IMG/VR virus record: IMGVR_UViG_2695421014_000001
Location: 4,508 to 68,507 of that record
Length of the DNA stretch: 64,000 nt
Strand: one strand, 5' to 3'
Source of the DNA: a virus
Taxonomy: Duplodnaviria; Caudoviricetes
The number at the start of each line of letters is the position of its first letter. Positions within the stretch are counted from its first letter, which is position 1. The notes under the pieces were generated by a model. That model was not told where the DNA came from. It saw nothing but the letters and a program-made list of their open reading frames with translations, and searched no databases. Made by a program: the position numbers and the translations under genes. This document shows, piece after piece, positions 9,382 through 18,712 of the stretch.

Positions 9382-9549
9382 ATGTCCGACCAGCTCGCCC
9401 GCACCGGCACCGCAGCCGGAGCCCTCGTCATCGGCACCACCGTCATCACCGGCTGGTGGCTGCTCGCCGCCGCCCTCACCGTCGTCGCCGTCGGCGCGAT
9501 CTGCATACGCGTCGGCTTCCGCCCGGGCCGCAAGGCAGGCCAGCGATGA
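9382..9549 (+). CDS. 55-aa peptide consisting almost entirely of a LAXTG-type sortase sorting signal (not in ORF track)
   Basis: MSDQLARTG-TAAGALVIGTTVITGWWLLAAALTVVAVGAICI-RVGFRPGRKAGQR; GGAG RBS; stop overlaps the GT2 start (ATGA). Confidence 0.75.
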   Translation: MSDQLARTGTAAGALVIGTTVITGWWLLAAALTVVAVGAICIRVGFRPGRKAGQR

Positions 9550-11036
9550 ACAGACCCCTCACCGCCCACCGACACCGATCGGGCATCCTCCTCACCGGCG
9601 CGATCTGCCTGACACTGGCCGCAGCCTGGGCCGTCCACCACGGCGTCGAGGCCGCAGGCGACGCCACCGGCTCCCGCCTCGCCGCCGTGTGGGCGTCCAC
9701 GTTCGTCCTGCTGCTCGCACAAACCCTCATGTACCACTGCGAGCGCCCCCACCGGCCCACCCCCCGCGCCCGCCGCCAACTGGACGCACTGCACGTCGCC
9801 GTGCTCCTGCCCGTCTACAACGAAGACGCTGGCTATCTGCGGCTCGGCCTGGAATCCCTCCTCGCGCAGACCCGGCGCCCCAACACGGTCCACGTCGTCG
9901 ACGACGGATCCACCAGCGGCGACTACACCACCGTGCGCACCTGGTGGACGCAGGCCGCGAAGATCGCCGGGATCACCACCAGCTGGCAGCGCACCCCCAA
10001 CCAGGGCAAGCGGCACGCACAGGCCGCCGCCGTCGCCGCCAGCCCCGACGCAGACATCTACGTCACCGTCGACTCGGACTCCTGCCTCGCACCGAACGCG
10101 CTCGAGGAACTCCTCCTGCCGTTCACCCGCCGCACCGTGCAGTCCGTCGCCGGGATCGTCCTCGCCACCAACCACCGGGCAAACCTCCTCACCCGCATCA
10201 CCGACCTGTGGTTCGTCACCGGCCAGCTCACCGACCGGTCCGCCCTGTCCTCCATGGGCAGCGTCCTCGTCAACTCCGGTCCTCTGGCTGCCTACAGGGC
10301 CGCAGTCGTACGCGACAACCTCGACAGCTACCTCGGCGAGACGTTCCTCGGCCGGCCCGTGATGTTCTCCGACGACTCGCTGCTCACCCTGTACGCGCTG
10401 CTGCGCGGCCGGGCGGTGCAGCAGCCGACCGCGGTGGTGTTCACCGCGCTCCCGGAGCGGACCTCGCACTTCCTGCGCATGTACATGCGGTGGATGCGCG
10501 GCTCCACCATCCGCTCCGTGTGGCGCTTCCGCTACCTGCCCCTGTCCGGCTGGGCGTACTGGGCGCACCTGCTGCGCTGGTTCCAGGTCGCCCTGTCCAC
10601 GGCCGTCCTCGGCTGGCTGGTCGTCGTCGAGCCGCTGGTCTACGGCCGCACCCCGCCGGCCTCGTTCCTCGTCGTGCCGTTCCTGATCGGCTGGGCGCAG
10701 GCCCTGCGGTTCCTGTCCATCGCCCGCAGCGACGACACCTTCCGAGCCCGCGTGTCTACCTGGCTGCTGATGCCGCTCGCCGTAGTCGGCTCCTGGACGG
10801 TGCTCCGCGCGATGCGCTGGTACGGCATGGCCACCTGCGCCCGCACCGGTTGGGGCACCCGCCAAAACGGCGCCGAAGTCGCCCTCGCCTCCCCGGCCGC
10901 CGTCGCGCTGCCGGACGACGACACCGAGCAGATCCCCCTGGTGAAGCTGCTCGACCCCGAGACCGAGACCACTCTCACCCTGCCCATCCCGCGCCAGCGC
11001 ACCGCTGCGCCCCAACCCCAAGGAACCTCGCGATGA
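9546..11036 (+). CDS. Membrane GT2 glycosyltransferase, hyaluronan synthase/NodC-like
   Basis: LLPVYNED, VVDDGS, NQGKRHAQ, TVDSDS, NSGPLAAYR, SDDSLLT, RMYMRWMRG, plus N- and C-terminal TM helices and terminal WGTR. Confidence 0.88.
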   Translation: MNRPLTAHRHRSGILLTGAICLTLAAAWAVHHGVEAAGDATGSRLAAVWASTFVLLLAQTLMYHCERPHRPTPRARRQLDALHVAVLLPVYNEDAGYLRLGLESLLAQTRRPNTVHVVDDGSTSGDYTTVRTWWTQAAKIAGITTSWQRTPNQGKRHAQAAAVAASPDADIYVTVDSDSCLAPNALEELLLPFTRRTVQSVAGIVLATNHRANLLTRITDLWFVTGQLTDRSALSSMGSVLVNSGPLAAYRAAVVRDNLDSYLGETFLGRPVMFSDDSLLTLYALLRGRAVQQPTAVVFTALPERTSHFLRMYMRWMRGSTIRSVWRFRYLPLSGWAYWAHLLRWFQVALSTAVLGWLVVVEPLVYGRTPPASFLVVPFLIGWAQALRFLSIARSDDTFRARVSTWLLMPLAVVGSWTVLRAMRWYGMATCARTGWGTRQNGAEVALASPAAVALPDDDTEQIPLVKLLDPETETTLTLPIPRQRTAAPQPQGTSR

Positions 11037-11680
11037 TCGAGAACACGTCCGAGAGCATGAAGGATCCTGGGAACGCTCTGCTGTTTCTCGCTGTGTCCCT
11101 GGGACCCGGCGGTACGGATCGGGCCATCGCCGAGCAGGAACGCTCCGGGCAGGCACAGCTCGTCAACTCAGACCGCCTGCCCAGCGACATGAACGGCGCC
11201 AGCGACGCCGACTTCGAAGCCGTCGGCATCACCTTCGGCGAACCCGACCCGGCCGACCCACTGTTCCGCCCCGCCACGCTGCCCGAAGGCTGGAAACGTC
11301 AGAGGTCCGACCACGACATGTGGTCGTACGTCGCCGATGAACTGGGGCGCCGACGCGTCGCCGTCTTCTACAAGGCCGCCTTCTACGACCGCCGCGCTTT
11401 CATGCGCCTCGTCACCGTCGAGGCCTACGTGTCCGAGTGTCGGTACGAGGACCGCGAAGTCGTCACCGATGGCACATGGGCCACCCCCGCCGCGGTTGTC
11501 GAGGCGGCCCGTCGGCTCGCTCAGGCAGCGCAGGCGAGCGTCGACCAGTGGACGCAGATCGGCGAGCGCCGCGGCTCCGAATGGGCCGAGAAGAGCGCCA
11601 AGTACGTCGCCGAGTACACGGCCGAGCGCGACAGCTTCGAGGCCATCGCCTCCCGCTTCGAGAAGGCGGCCGAGGCATGA
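11033..11680 (+). CDS. hypothetical phage protein
   Basis: ATGA overlap; LPEGWKR..SDHDMWSY..DELGRRRVAVFYKAAFYDRRA. Confidence 0.7.
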   Translation: MIENTSESMKDPGNALLFLAVSLGPGGTDRAIAEQERSGQAQLVNSDRLPSDMNGASDADFEAVGITFGEPDPADPLFRPATLPEGWKRQRSDHDMWSYVADELGRRRVAVFYKAAFYDRRAFMRLVTVEAYVSECRYEDREVVTDGTWATPAAVVEAARRLAQAAQASVDQWTQIGERRGSEWAEKSAKYVAEYTAERDSFEAIASRFEKAAEA

Positions 11681-13170
11681 CCCATCCCCCCTTCCCGAGG
11701 GCCTTCGTCGTCCAGCGCGACGAGGACGTGAGCGGCATCTCCGGCGAAGGCGTCGTCGCCGAAGGCGTCCAGTTCTCCGACGGCTGGGTGGCCACCCACT
11801 GGCTCGACCAGCCGCCCATGCACGAGCCGAAGACCGACGTCTGGCACAACAAGGGTGCCCAGCCGTTCGAACGCGTCCACGGGCACGGCGGTCGCACGCG
11901 CATCCTGTGGGCCGACGAGGTGGCCGCCGCCCGGTGCGAGCTCGTAGACACCGTCATCGGGGCGTTCGACGTCCCCGCGTCCATCCTCGGTGCCGAGGGA
12001 GAACGGGCGTACCTGCACCGGCAGATCGAACGGGCACTGCGCGATGCCGCACTTCAGGTACACACGGAGTACAAGCCGCTGATGGGTCTCGGAAGCGTCC
12101 CCCGGGCGACCGAGATCAAGGGACACCTGCCCGAACTCGCCGACGCCGTCATGCCGGTCGTCGAGCAACTGCTGAAGCAGCGCGACCGCTGGCGGGACGC
12201 CGTCGGCCGGGCCTTCGCGCTCGCCTACCGCTGGCAGGGCGCCCACGGCTCCGCGAACTTCCTCGTCCGGACCGCCGGCGTCGAACTCCGCGAGGTCCTG
12301 GACGACTCAGCCACGTGTGACGCCTATCTGGAGCCCACATCCGGCGGCATCGTCGCCGGGGGCCCATGCATCAAGCGCGGACTCCACGACGAACACGAAA
12401 CGGCTGACGGCACAGAGTTCAGCCCGATCGGAGCCGCCCACCCGCCGACGGAGCCTGTCATCCCATGGACCGGGCCGGAACCAGTGTGGGCGGACGAACT
12501 CCGCGGCCGCCTGGCGAAGGAGGGGGCCGCCGCCGCTGCCGAGTGCTCCGCGCAGTACCTCAACGGCGTGGAGACGCGACTGTGCATCCGGGCAGCGCAG
12601 CACCGCGGCGACCACATCGACGAGCACGGCTTCCACTGGTCCGACACCGTGGCCATGTACCGGGTCGTCGACGGAGAGGCCCAGGACGGTCGGGCCGCGA
12701 GCAGCTGCTCGAACCCGGGAGAGGGAGGCTGTCCCGAGGGCAGTGAACCGTCCCTGGCCATCGACTTCAGCGAACTCACCGCCGCCCTGCGGGTGCTGGG
12801 CATCGACATGAGCGACGGGCCGGCGGATGTGCACGGCTGGCTGATGGCGGCGTGCCGCGAGCTGGAGAAGACGGTGGCCGCGATCGAAGGTGTGCGATCC
12901 GTCGTAGCCGATGCCCGGAAGTGGGCCCTGCCTGGCAGCCAGCTCGCTTCGTTCGTCTTTCGGATCCAGGAAGCGCTCGGCACCGACGAGGCTGTCCGGT
13001 TCTGCCCGTACTGCACCGGCGCGCCCATGTTCCCCAGCAGCGACCTTCCCGGGCACATCCGCCAGGAGCACACCCGCGTCCAGGCGGTGCTCGCCAGCGG
13101 CGGAAGCCTCGACGAGCAGCTGGCCGAGCCAGAGACGCGCTGCCGCCTCCCGCACGAGATGGAGGCCTGA
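11677..13170 (+). CDS. mosaic hypothetical phage protein
   Basis: N-terminal RDEDVSGISGEGVVAEGVQFSDG module followed by several Cys/His motifs. Confidence 0.65.
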   Translation: MTHPPFPRAFVVQRDEDVSGISGEGVVAEGVQFSDGWVATHWLDQPPMHEPKTDVWHNKGAQPFERVHGHGGRTRILWADEVAAARCELVDTVIGAFDVPASILGAEGERAYLHRQIERALRDAALQVHTEYKPLMGLGSVPRATEIKGHLPELADAVMPVVEQLLKQRDRWRDAVGRAFALAYRWQGAHGSANFLVRTAGVELREVLDDSATCDAYLEPTSGGIVAGGPCIKRGLHDEHETADGTEFSPIGAAHPPTEPVIPWTGPEPVWADELRGRLAKEGAAAAAECSAQYLNGVETRLCIRAAQHRGDHIDEHGFHWSDTVAMYRVVDGEAQDGRAASSCSNPGEGGCPEGSEPSLAIDFSELTAALRVLGIDMSDGPADVHGWLMAACRELEKTVAAIEGVRSVVADARKWALPGSQLASFVFRIQEALGTDEAVRFCPYCTGAPMFPSSDLPGHIRQEHTRVQAVLASGGSLDEQLAEPETRCRLPHEMEA

Positions 13171-13172
13171 CC

Positions 13173-13589
13173 GTGCGCGAGGGACTCCAGCCCGACGCGA
13201 CCAACGAGCAGCTGCGGAACCAGATGCAGTGGTTCCGCAGCGAACTCGCCGGTGCCCGCTCGACCCTCCAGCACATGAGCCGGGCCATGAGCTGGCTCGG
13301 CGGTCATGACCGGCTCGGCCTCGATCACCTCGAAGAGGCGATGCGCGAGGCCCGGGCCCGGGAGCGTGCCGTTGACCAGGCCCGGCAGTGGGCCGCGCGC
13401 GCTCGCGAAGCCGAACGCCTCCTGGAGCAGCTACGCGAAGCCGTCCCCCGGGACTGGCCCGCATGCGAGCCCGCTGTGCCCGACCGGGTGACGGCGGCGG
13501 CCGTTCACCAGGTCCTCTGGCCGCACGCCGCGCTGTGGGATGCCGTCAAGGCAGCTGCCGAGGCCCGCCAGTCCGACGGGAGGCCCTGA
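13173..13589 (+). CDS. coiled-coil hypothetical protein
   Basis: GGAGG RBS, GC3 bias. Confidence 0.55.
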   Translation: MREGLQPDATNEQLRNQMQWFRSELAGARSTLQHMSRAMSWLGGHDRLGLDHLEEAMREARARERAVDQARQWAARAREAERLLEQLREAVPRDWPACEPAVPDRVTAAAVHQVLWPHAALWDAVKAAAEARQSDGRP

Positions 13590-13591
13590 GC

Positions 13592-13858
13592 ATGCCGCGC
13601 CGTATCAAGGCCGCCAGCGTCGAGCGGCTCCTCATCGACCAGGGCCACCCGTTCAGCGAGTTCGAGGCGGGCGAGTGGGACCCCGGCTTCCGCGTCGCCC
13701 AGGCCGGGCCCCGGCACGTCCACGTCTTCTACGACGGCCCCGGCGAGGCCGACCAGCTCGAGGCCCTCACGGCCGAGTTGCGCGCCGCTGGCTACCACGT
13801 CGTGCCCACGCAACAGGACCGCGGAGGCCGGCGACGCCTGGAGGTGACCCGGTCGTGA
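13592..13858 (+). CDS. hypothetical protein
   Basis: GGAGG RBS. Confidence 0.6.
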   Translation: MPRRIKAASVERLLIDQGHPFSEFEAGEWDPGFRVAQAGPRHVHVFYDGPGEADQLEALTAELRAAGYHVVPTQQDRGGRRRLEVTRS

Positions 13859-14115
13859 GGTTCATCGTCGTCACCTTCGAGCCCGTGCAGCAGATCGCCG
13901 CCGAGCCCGGAACCCTCGACCAGCTCACCGCCAGCCTGCGAGCGCAGCTCAGCGGCCGCCTGGAGGTGCCGGTCAGCACGGGCCAGATCGGCAGCATCTT
14001 CGACGTCCCGCTGGTCCGTGACGCGAGTCTGCCGCCCGGCTTCGTACACCTGCGGCCGCACCCGACCCGGCCGCACCCCGACGAGCAGATGGAAGAGGTG
14101 AGCGGCCGTGGGTAA
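13855..14115 (+). CDS. hypothetical protein
   Basis: GTGA overlap. Confidence 0.5.
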   Translation: MRFIVVTFEPVQQIAAEPGTLDQLTASLRAQLSGRLEVPVSTGQIGSIFDVPLVRDASLPPGFVHLRPHPTRPHPDEQMEEVSGRG

Positions 14116-14425
14116 GCGTCTCGTCATCGACTGCCACGAGCTGTGGGACAAGGTGATCGGCCAGCCGGACGGCCTGCATGCCGTACAGGGCTGGCTACGC
14201 CTGAACGGCATCGACCCAAGGGACGTCCCGCTGGACTCGGAGATGGTCATCGAGGACTCGGCATTCGGCATGGTCATCCGGTACACCGCCTACTTGTACG
14301 ACGAGCAGGGGCGGAAGTACGTCGACCCCGACGCGCCAGAGTTCGCCGCCTCCCAGGACCGCACGGCAGTCCTCAAGGTGGCCCCCGCTCCCGAGTGGCT
14401 GAGCACGACGGGCGGTGACCGGTGA
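14108..14425 (+). CDS. hypothetical protein
   Basis: GC3 bias, operon position. Confidence 0.6.
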   Translation: MGKRLVIDCHELWDKVIGQPDGLHAVQGWLRLNGIDPRDVPLDSEMVIEDSAFGMVIRYTAYLYDEQGRKYVDPDAPEFAASQDRTAVLKVAPAPEWLSTTGGDR

Positions 14426-14790
14426 GCACCCCCACTGAAGAACTCCGTACGGCGGCCGCCCGGCTCCGCGACAACCGAAACTGTGAGGGCTTCCTCGTCG
14501 ACTGCAACAGCCGTGAGCTGCTGGAGATGATCCGAGTGCTGCTGCGCGCCCGGGAGCCCCTCATCCGCTGGCTCGAGGACGCCGCGACGCTCCATCTGCC
14601 CGACAACGACTGCGGCTACTGCGACGGACAGCGCAACCCGCTGAAGCTGCCGTGTCCGGCGCTGGCGGTGGCCAGCGCCATCAACGGCGCCACCGTCCCG
14701 AGCCCGGGCGGGGACGGCCGCATCGACGACCGGCACAGCGGGAGCTTCCTGTACGAGCAGCTGAAGCGCGCGGCAGGTGAGACCAGGTGA
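14422..14790 (+). CDS. hypothetical protein
   Basis: GTGA overlap. Confidence 0.6.
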   Translation: MSTPTEELRTAAARLRDNRNCEGFLVDCNSRELLEMIRVLLRAREPLIRWLEDAATLHLPDNDCGYCDGQRNPLKLPCPALAVASAINGATVPSPGGDGRIDDRHSGSFLYEQLKRAAGETR

Positions 14791-14987
14791 CCGCCCTCGC
14801 ACCCGAGCCAGTTGCCCTTCGCGACTCGGGTGACGACTCCTTCACCCACGTCGTCTGCTGCAACCCGAACCTCGCTCTGTGCGGCTCCGACGTCACCGAC
14901 GTGGACTGGGTCGGAGACGACGTCGAGGCGACCTGCGTCGTCTGCGCCGAGCTCGAAGCACTCGCCTGCACGAGGTGCGGCGAGTGA
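14787..14987 (+). CDS. small Cys-rich protein
   Basis: HVVCC...ALCG...CVVC...CxxC. Confidence 0.55.
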   Translation: MTALAPEPVALRDSGDDSFTHVVCCNPNLALCGSDVTDVDWVGDDVEATCVVCAELEALACTRCGE

Positions 14988-15583
14988 CGAACCCGAACGA
15001 AGGACCCACCATGCGACCCGCCTTCACCCGCGGCTTCCGCCTCCACTACGACGGCCGGATCTACGACGGCGCGGAATTCCCCTCCGGCCGCGTGTACGTC
15101 GTCGACGATCCCGAGTACGGGCTCGCCACGGCCGCGACGTCGATGGATCACCTCCTGAAGGGCTACTACGGTGCCCGCGTCGAATGGCCCGGCGACCAGC
15201 TGGTGCCCACCGCGCTGCTGCTCGACCTCGTGGACATTGCTGCCCAGGTGGCGGGTACGACCGGGCACACCTACCTGTCGACCGGCTGCCTGCACGGCGA
15301 CACGCGCCTTCCCGACGGCCGCACCGGCCACGAGTACTGCCAGTCCGAGACCGGTAAAGCGGGAGCGAAGACGCCCGCGCAGTGCAAGGTGTGCGCCGCA
15401 CCCTGCCTCTGCTTCTGCCACGCAGACCCCGCCGACACGTCGCCGAACGAGGGCGCGGACCGCCGTGCCGTCGCCCATGCCGTCCTCGGCCGGCTCACCA
15501 CGTACCTGGGCTACGACGTCGCCGAGCGTGCCGCCGAGCAACAGGCCAACCGGGCGCTCGCTCGCGGGGAGACGCACCTGTGA
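14984..15583 (+). CDS. hypothetical protein
   Basis: HTYLSTGCLHG...HEYCQS...CKVCAAPCLCFCH motif. Confidence 0.6.
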   Translation: MTNPNEGPTMRPAFTRGFRLHYDGRIYDGAEFPSGRVYVVDDPEYGLATAATSMDHLLKGYYGARVEWPGDQLVPTALLLDLVDIAAQVAGTTGHTYLSTGCLHGDTRLPDGRTGHEYCQSETGKAGAKTPAQCKVCAAPCLCFCHADPADTSPNEGADRRAVAHAVLGRLTTYLGYDVAERAAEQQANRALARGETHL

Positions 15584-15888
15584 GCGCACCGCATCCCGCG
15601 GACGTGATCGCCAATCACCCGACCGTGCTGGAGGTCGCGCTCGGCTTCGCGGACGCCGACCTCCGGGACCGGCACGGCCCCGAGAACGGCGTCGAGCCCT
15701 GGTACCTCGCCCCCGGCGGACCGACCGACCACATCTACGCCGACTGCCCCGGCCTGCGCCGCTCCCTCAACGGGTCCGAACCCCAACAGGGCAGCGGCAC
15801 CCTCTACCCCGACGCTGGCGACGTGTGCGGCTGGTGCTGCCGCGTCTGGCGAGCACGACGAAGCAAGGAGCAAACCGATGGACGCTGA
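15580..15888 (+). CDS. hypothetical protein
   Basis: GTGA overlap. Confidence 0.55.
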   Translation: MSAPHPADVIANHPTVLEVALGFADADLRDRHGPENGVEPWYLAPGGPTDHIYADCPGLRRSLNGSEPQQGSGTLYPDAGDVCGWCCRVWRARRSKEQTDGR

Positions 15889-16135
15889 CCACCGCGTCAT
15901 CACGATCGACCGCCACGAGTGGGCACTGAAGAGCCCCGCCCACCACACCGAGGTCGAGAAGACCGTCGCCGTCGCCGTCGAGGCGCGCGCCACGCAGGCC
16001 GCCCACGGCAAGCGCACCGGCGACATCCACATCACCGCCTCCGACGACGAGGTCATCGTCTCCTTCGAGGCCGAGCGACCGAAGAACCCCAAGCGCGGGA
16101 ACACCGTGGCCGGACAGGAGACGACCGATGCCTGA
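15878..16135 (+). CDS. hypothetical protein
   Basis: AGGAG RBS. Confidence 0.6.
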   Translation: MDADHRVITIDRHEWALKSPAHHTEVEKTVAVAVEARATQAAHGKRTGDIHITASDDEVIVSFEAERPKNPKRGNTVAGQETTDA

Positions 16136-16511
16136 ACTGCCCTTCGACCCCACCTCGGCGATGAAGCCGTTCAACCTGAAAACGGCCACCAGCACCATCA
16201 CCGCGGCGACCATCGGCTACCTACAGATCAGCCTGCGCGAGCCAGGCACCCACCCCGACATGCAGCAGGCCGCCGCCGTAATGGAAAGCATCCGACATGC
16301 GCTCGTGGCCGGTAGCCATGCGTGCAGCGAGGTGACGCGGATACGCACCGAGCTCGCCGCTCTCCGCGATGGCCACCGGCCGCAGCCGCACGCCGACCCC
16401 ACGAAGCCCGGCGCACTGTGCGCCGCCTGCTCCATCCACGGCTCGATCGTCGCGTGGCCGTGCGCCACGTGGTCGGCGGCCGAGCAGATCCTGAACCACG
16501 GGAAGGCCTGA
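16128..16511 (+). CDS. hypothetical protein
   Basis: AGGAG RBS; CxxC...WPCAT motif. Confidence 0.6.
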   Translation: MPELPFDPTSAMKPFNLKTATSTITAATIGYLQISLREPGTHPDMQQAAAVMESIRHALVAGSHACSEVTRIRTELAALRDGHRPQPHADPTKPGALCAACSIHGSIVAWPCATWSAAEQILNHGKA

Positions 16512-16514
16512 ACC

Positions 16515-16979
16515 TTGTTCCAAGAGGACCGCCTCGTCCTGACCTTCAAGCAGTACGCGCAACAGTTCCTCGCCAGCGAAGAGCTCTTCCTCGACCTGGA
16601 CGTCCGGGTGCAGCGCGAACTCTTCGGCCAGTACCTGTTCCAGTTGCGGACGAAGATCCTCGCCGACGACCTGCCGCCCGTGCAGCTCACCAGGCGCACC
16701 CGGGTCCCGTACGAGGTGCCGGCCTCGACCTGGCAGACGTGGAAGAAACGTCACGCCCGCCGCTGGTACGCCCGGCGACTCGTAGCGCGCTGGCCCGTCC
16801 GCTACGAACAGGACCCGGACGGCCGCGGCGCCGACGCGGTGTGCACCTTCGACCTCGAGCGCTACCGGATCTACCCGCAGGCCCGCGTCGAGCTGCCGTA
16901 CGACCAGTTCGGCCCGGCGTACCTCGCACACGGCATCCGCAACATCCGCTGGGACCACGGGGAGGGCACCGGTGGCTGA
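16515..16979 (+). CDS. hypothetical protein
   Basis: GC3 bias, operon position. Confidence 0.6.
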   Translation: MFQEDRLVLTFKQYAQQFLASEELFLDLDVRVQRELFGQYLFQLRTKILADDLPPVQLTRRTRVPYEVPASTWQTWKKRHARRWYARRLVARWPVRYEQDPDGRGADAVCTFDLERYRIYPQARVELPYDQFGPAYLAHGIRNIRWDHGEGTGG

Positions 16980-17334
16980 GCAGCACCGACACTGCTGGGC
17001 ACGGGTCCCCGGCGATCCGCACTGGGAAGAGTGCGGATCGCCGGGCTGTGACCAGACGAGGCACTGTCCGATCCGGGAAAGTGGCGACGCGTCGCACTGC
17101 CCGAATACCGAGGATGGGCAGCATCAGTGGCAGCCCGTGAGCTTCCGCTTCGAGACTCAGCTACTCGATGAGCGGGGCCGCGTGGAGATTCGGCAGCCCT
17201 CCATCGACGAGGGGCGTGTCTACGCGGTGTGCATGCCGTGCCGCTCGCACACGTACATCGTCACCGCCTGGGTGGGCTACTTCCTCGGCTACCCCTTCAT
17301 CGAGGAAGAGGAGGCCCGGCGTGCAGACGCTTGA
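16972..17334 (+). CDS. Cys-rich hypothetical protein
   Basis: GGAGG RBS. Confidence 0.55.
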   Translation: MAEQHRHCWARVPGDPHWEECGSPGCDQTRHCPIRESGDASHCPNTEDGQHQWQPVSFRFETQLLDERGRVEIRQPSIDEGRVYAVCMPCRSHTYIVTAWVGYFLGYPFIEEEEARRADA

Positions 17335-17890
17335 CGCCCTGGTGGCCGACCTGGTGGACCGTTGGACCGGCGACGAGGACCACCCCGGGGACGGCGGCCC
17401 CGGCCTCATCGCGCGCCTGGACGAACTCGCCCTGCGCACCGCGCAGCCCCGCGAGATGGGCGGCCATTCCACGCCGGGGTCCCGGCCGCCGGCCTCCCTC
17501 GCCCCGGTGAACTGGTCGACGGCGATCAAGGCGCAGGGGCGGATCCTCGACATGGAGCTGCGCGGGTCGACGCACATGCAGCGCTGGGACCGGGCGTTGA
17601 AGGCGCTCCCGGCTGGGGCGGAGGCGACGGGCCGGGTCTCCGAGGTGGCGCACACGGTCGCCGTCTGGCATTCCACCGTGCGCACGGTGCTCGGTCTCCA
17701 GTCGCCGTCCCGGGAGATGCGCGGCGTGCGCTGCCTCGCCTGCGGTCAGACGACGATCCACTGCCGGCCCGACGACGACCGGCCGCGCGCCTGGTGCGCG
17801 AACCCGGAGTGCGCCGACGACGACACCGGCCGCCCGGCCCGCTACGAGGGTTCGCGCCTGTACCTGCTCACGCAGAACCGGGCGTCGTGA
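17321..17890 (+). CDS. Zn-ribbon protein resembling actinobacterial prophage late-regulator N-terminal module
   Basis: PGSRPPASL, CLACG...AWCANPEC; GGAGG RBS; function inferred. Confidence 0.5.
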   Translation: MQTLDALVADLVDRWTGDEDHPGDGGPGLIARLDELALRTAQPREMGGHSTPGSRPPASLAPVNWSTAIKAQGRILDMELRGSTHMQRWDRALKALPAGAEATGRVSEVAHTVAVWHSTVRTVLGLQSPSREMRGVRCLACGQTTIHCRPDDDRPRAWCANPECADDDTGRPARYEGSRLYLLTQNRAS

Positions 17891-17962
17891 GCGGGCACCG
17901 CCGGTTGATCGACAACAGGTACGGGAGAGTGCGCTGTTGTCAAAGAAAGTGGGACTCATGGC

Positions 17963-17991
17963 TTGTGGTGAGTAGTACTTTCTCGTACAAT
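17963..17991 (+). promoter_or_regulatory. putative sigma70/HrdB-type promoter
   Basis: TTGTGG-17bp-TACAAT in an AT-rich intergenic stretch. Confidence 0.55.
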
Positions 17992-18045
17992 TTTTGACAT
18001 GGGGGTGAGGTTCACACCCCAGGACCCGCCCGTGGGGAGGCCGCC

Positions 18046-18405
18046 ATGAACGCAGCGACGAACAGCAGGATCACCGTCGCCGAGTACCTCGTTCAGCGCG
18101 GCCTCCCTGCCGACTGGCGCTACGGCTCTCCGCTCGGCCGGGTCGCCGCTGAGATCTACCGGCAGACCTACCGGCGTGAGCCCGGCACGGCGTTCCGGTT
18201 CATCAACGGCCGCTTCCGCCCGGTCATGACCTACCAGCCGTCCGAGACGCACATCCTCACGGCCGCATGGGACCGGTACGGCTGCACCGCCGACCGGCTT
18301 CCCGCCCCGGCCGTCCGCACCCCCCGCCCCACGACGGCGTGGGCGGGCAGCGGCGACTCGATGCGGTGGACCCCCAGCAGGGGCGCACTCCGCAACCACC
18401 CCTAA
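18046..18405 (+). CDS. hypothetical protein
   Basis: GGAGG RBS downstream of promoter. Confidence 0.6.
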   Translation: MNAATNSRITVAEYLVQRGLPADWRYGSPLGRVAAEIYRQTYRREPGTAFRFINGRFRPVMTYQPSETHILTAAWDRYGCTADRLPAPAVRTPRPTTAWAGSGDSMRWTPSRGALRNHP

Positions 18406-18438
18406 CCGTCCATCCCGACACCCGTGAGAGGGGGAGCC

Positions 18439-18684
18439 ATGTCCGACACGCTGCTTCGCGCACTCGACCTGATCGCACCGGGTGACCTGGTCATCTACCA
18501 CGGCTCCATCGAGGACCTGCACGGCCTGTGGCTGGCCGTCCCGTGCCCCTGCCCGATCTGCCACGCGCTGGACGACTTCGGCATCCCGGACATCCGCTTC
18601 GCACTCGTCGACCCCTGGCGCGAGCGGCCCGGCCCGTTCCACGTCCGCCGCCAGTCCATCACCCGCTCCATCGCCTGCACCTGA
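18439..18684 (+). CDS. hypothetical protein
   Basis: GGGGAG RBS; CPCPIC motif. Confidence 0.6.
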   Translation: MSDTLLRALDLIAPGDLVIYHGSIEDLHGLWLAVPCPCPICHALDDFGIPDIRFALVDPWRERPGPFHVRRQSITRSIACT

Positions 18685-18712
18685 CACCCAACCGCCCCGG
18701 AGGGGGGACCCA

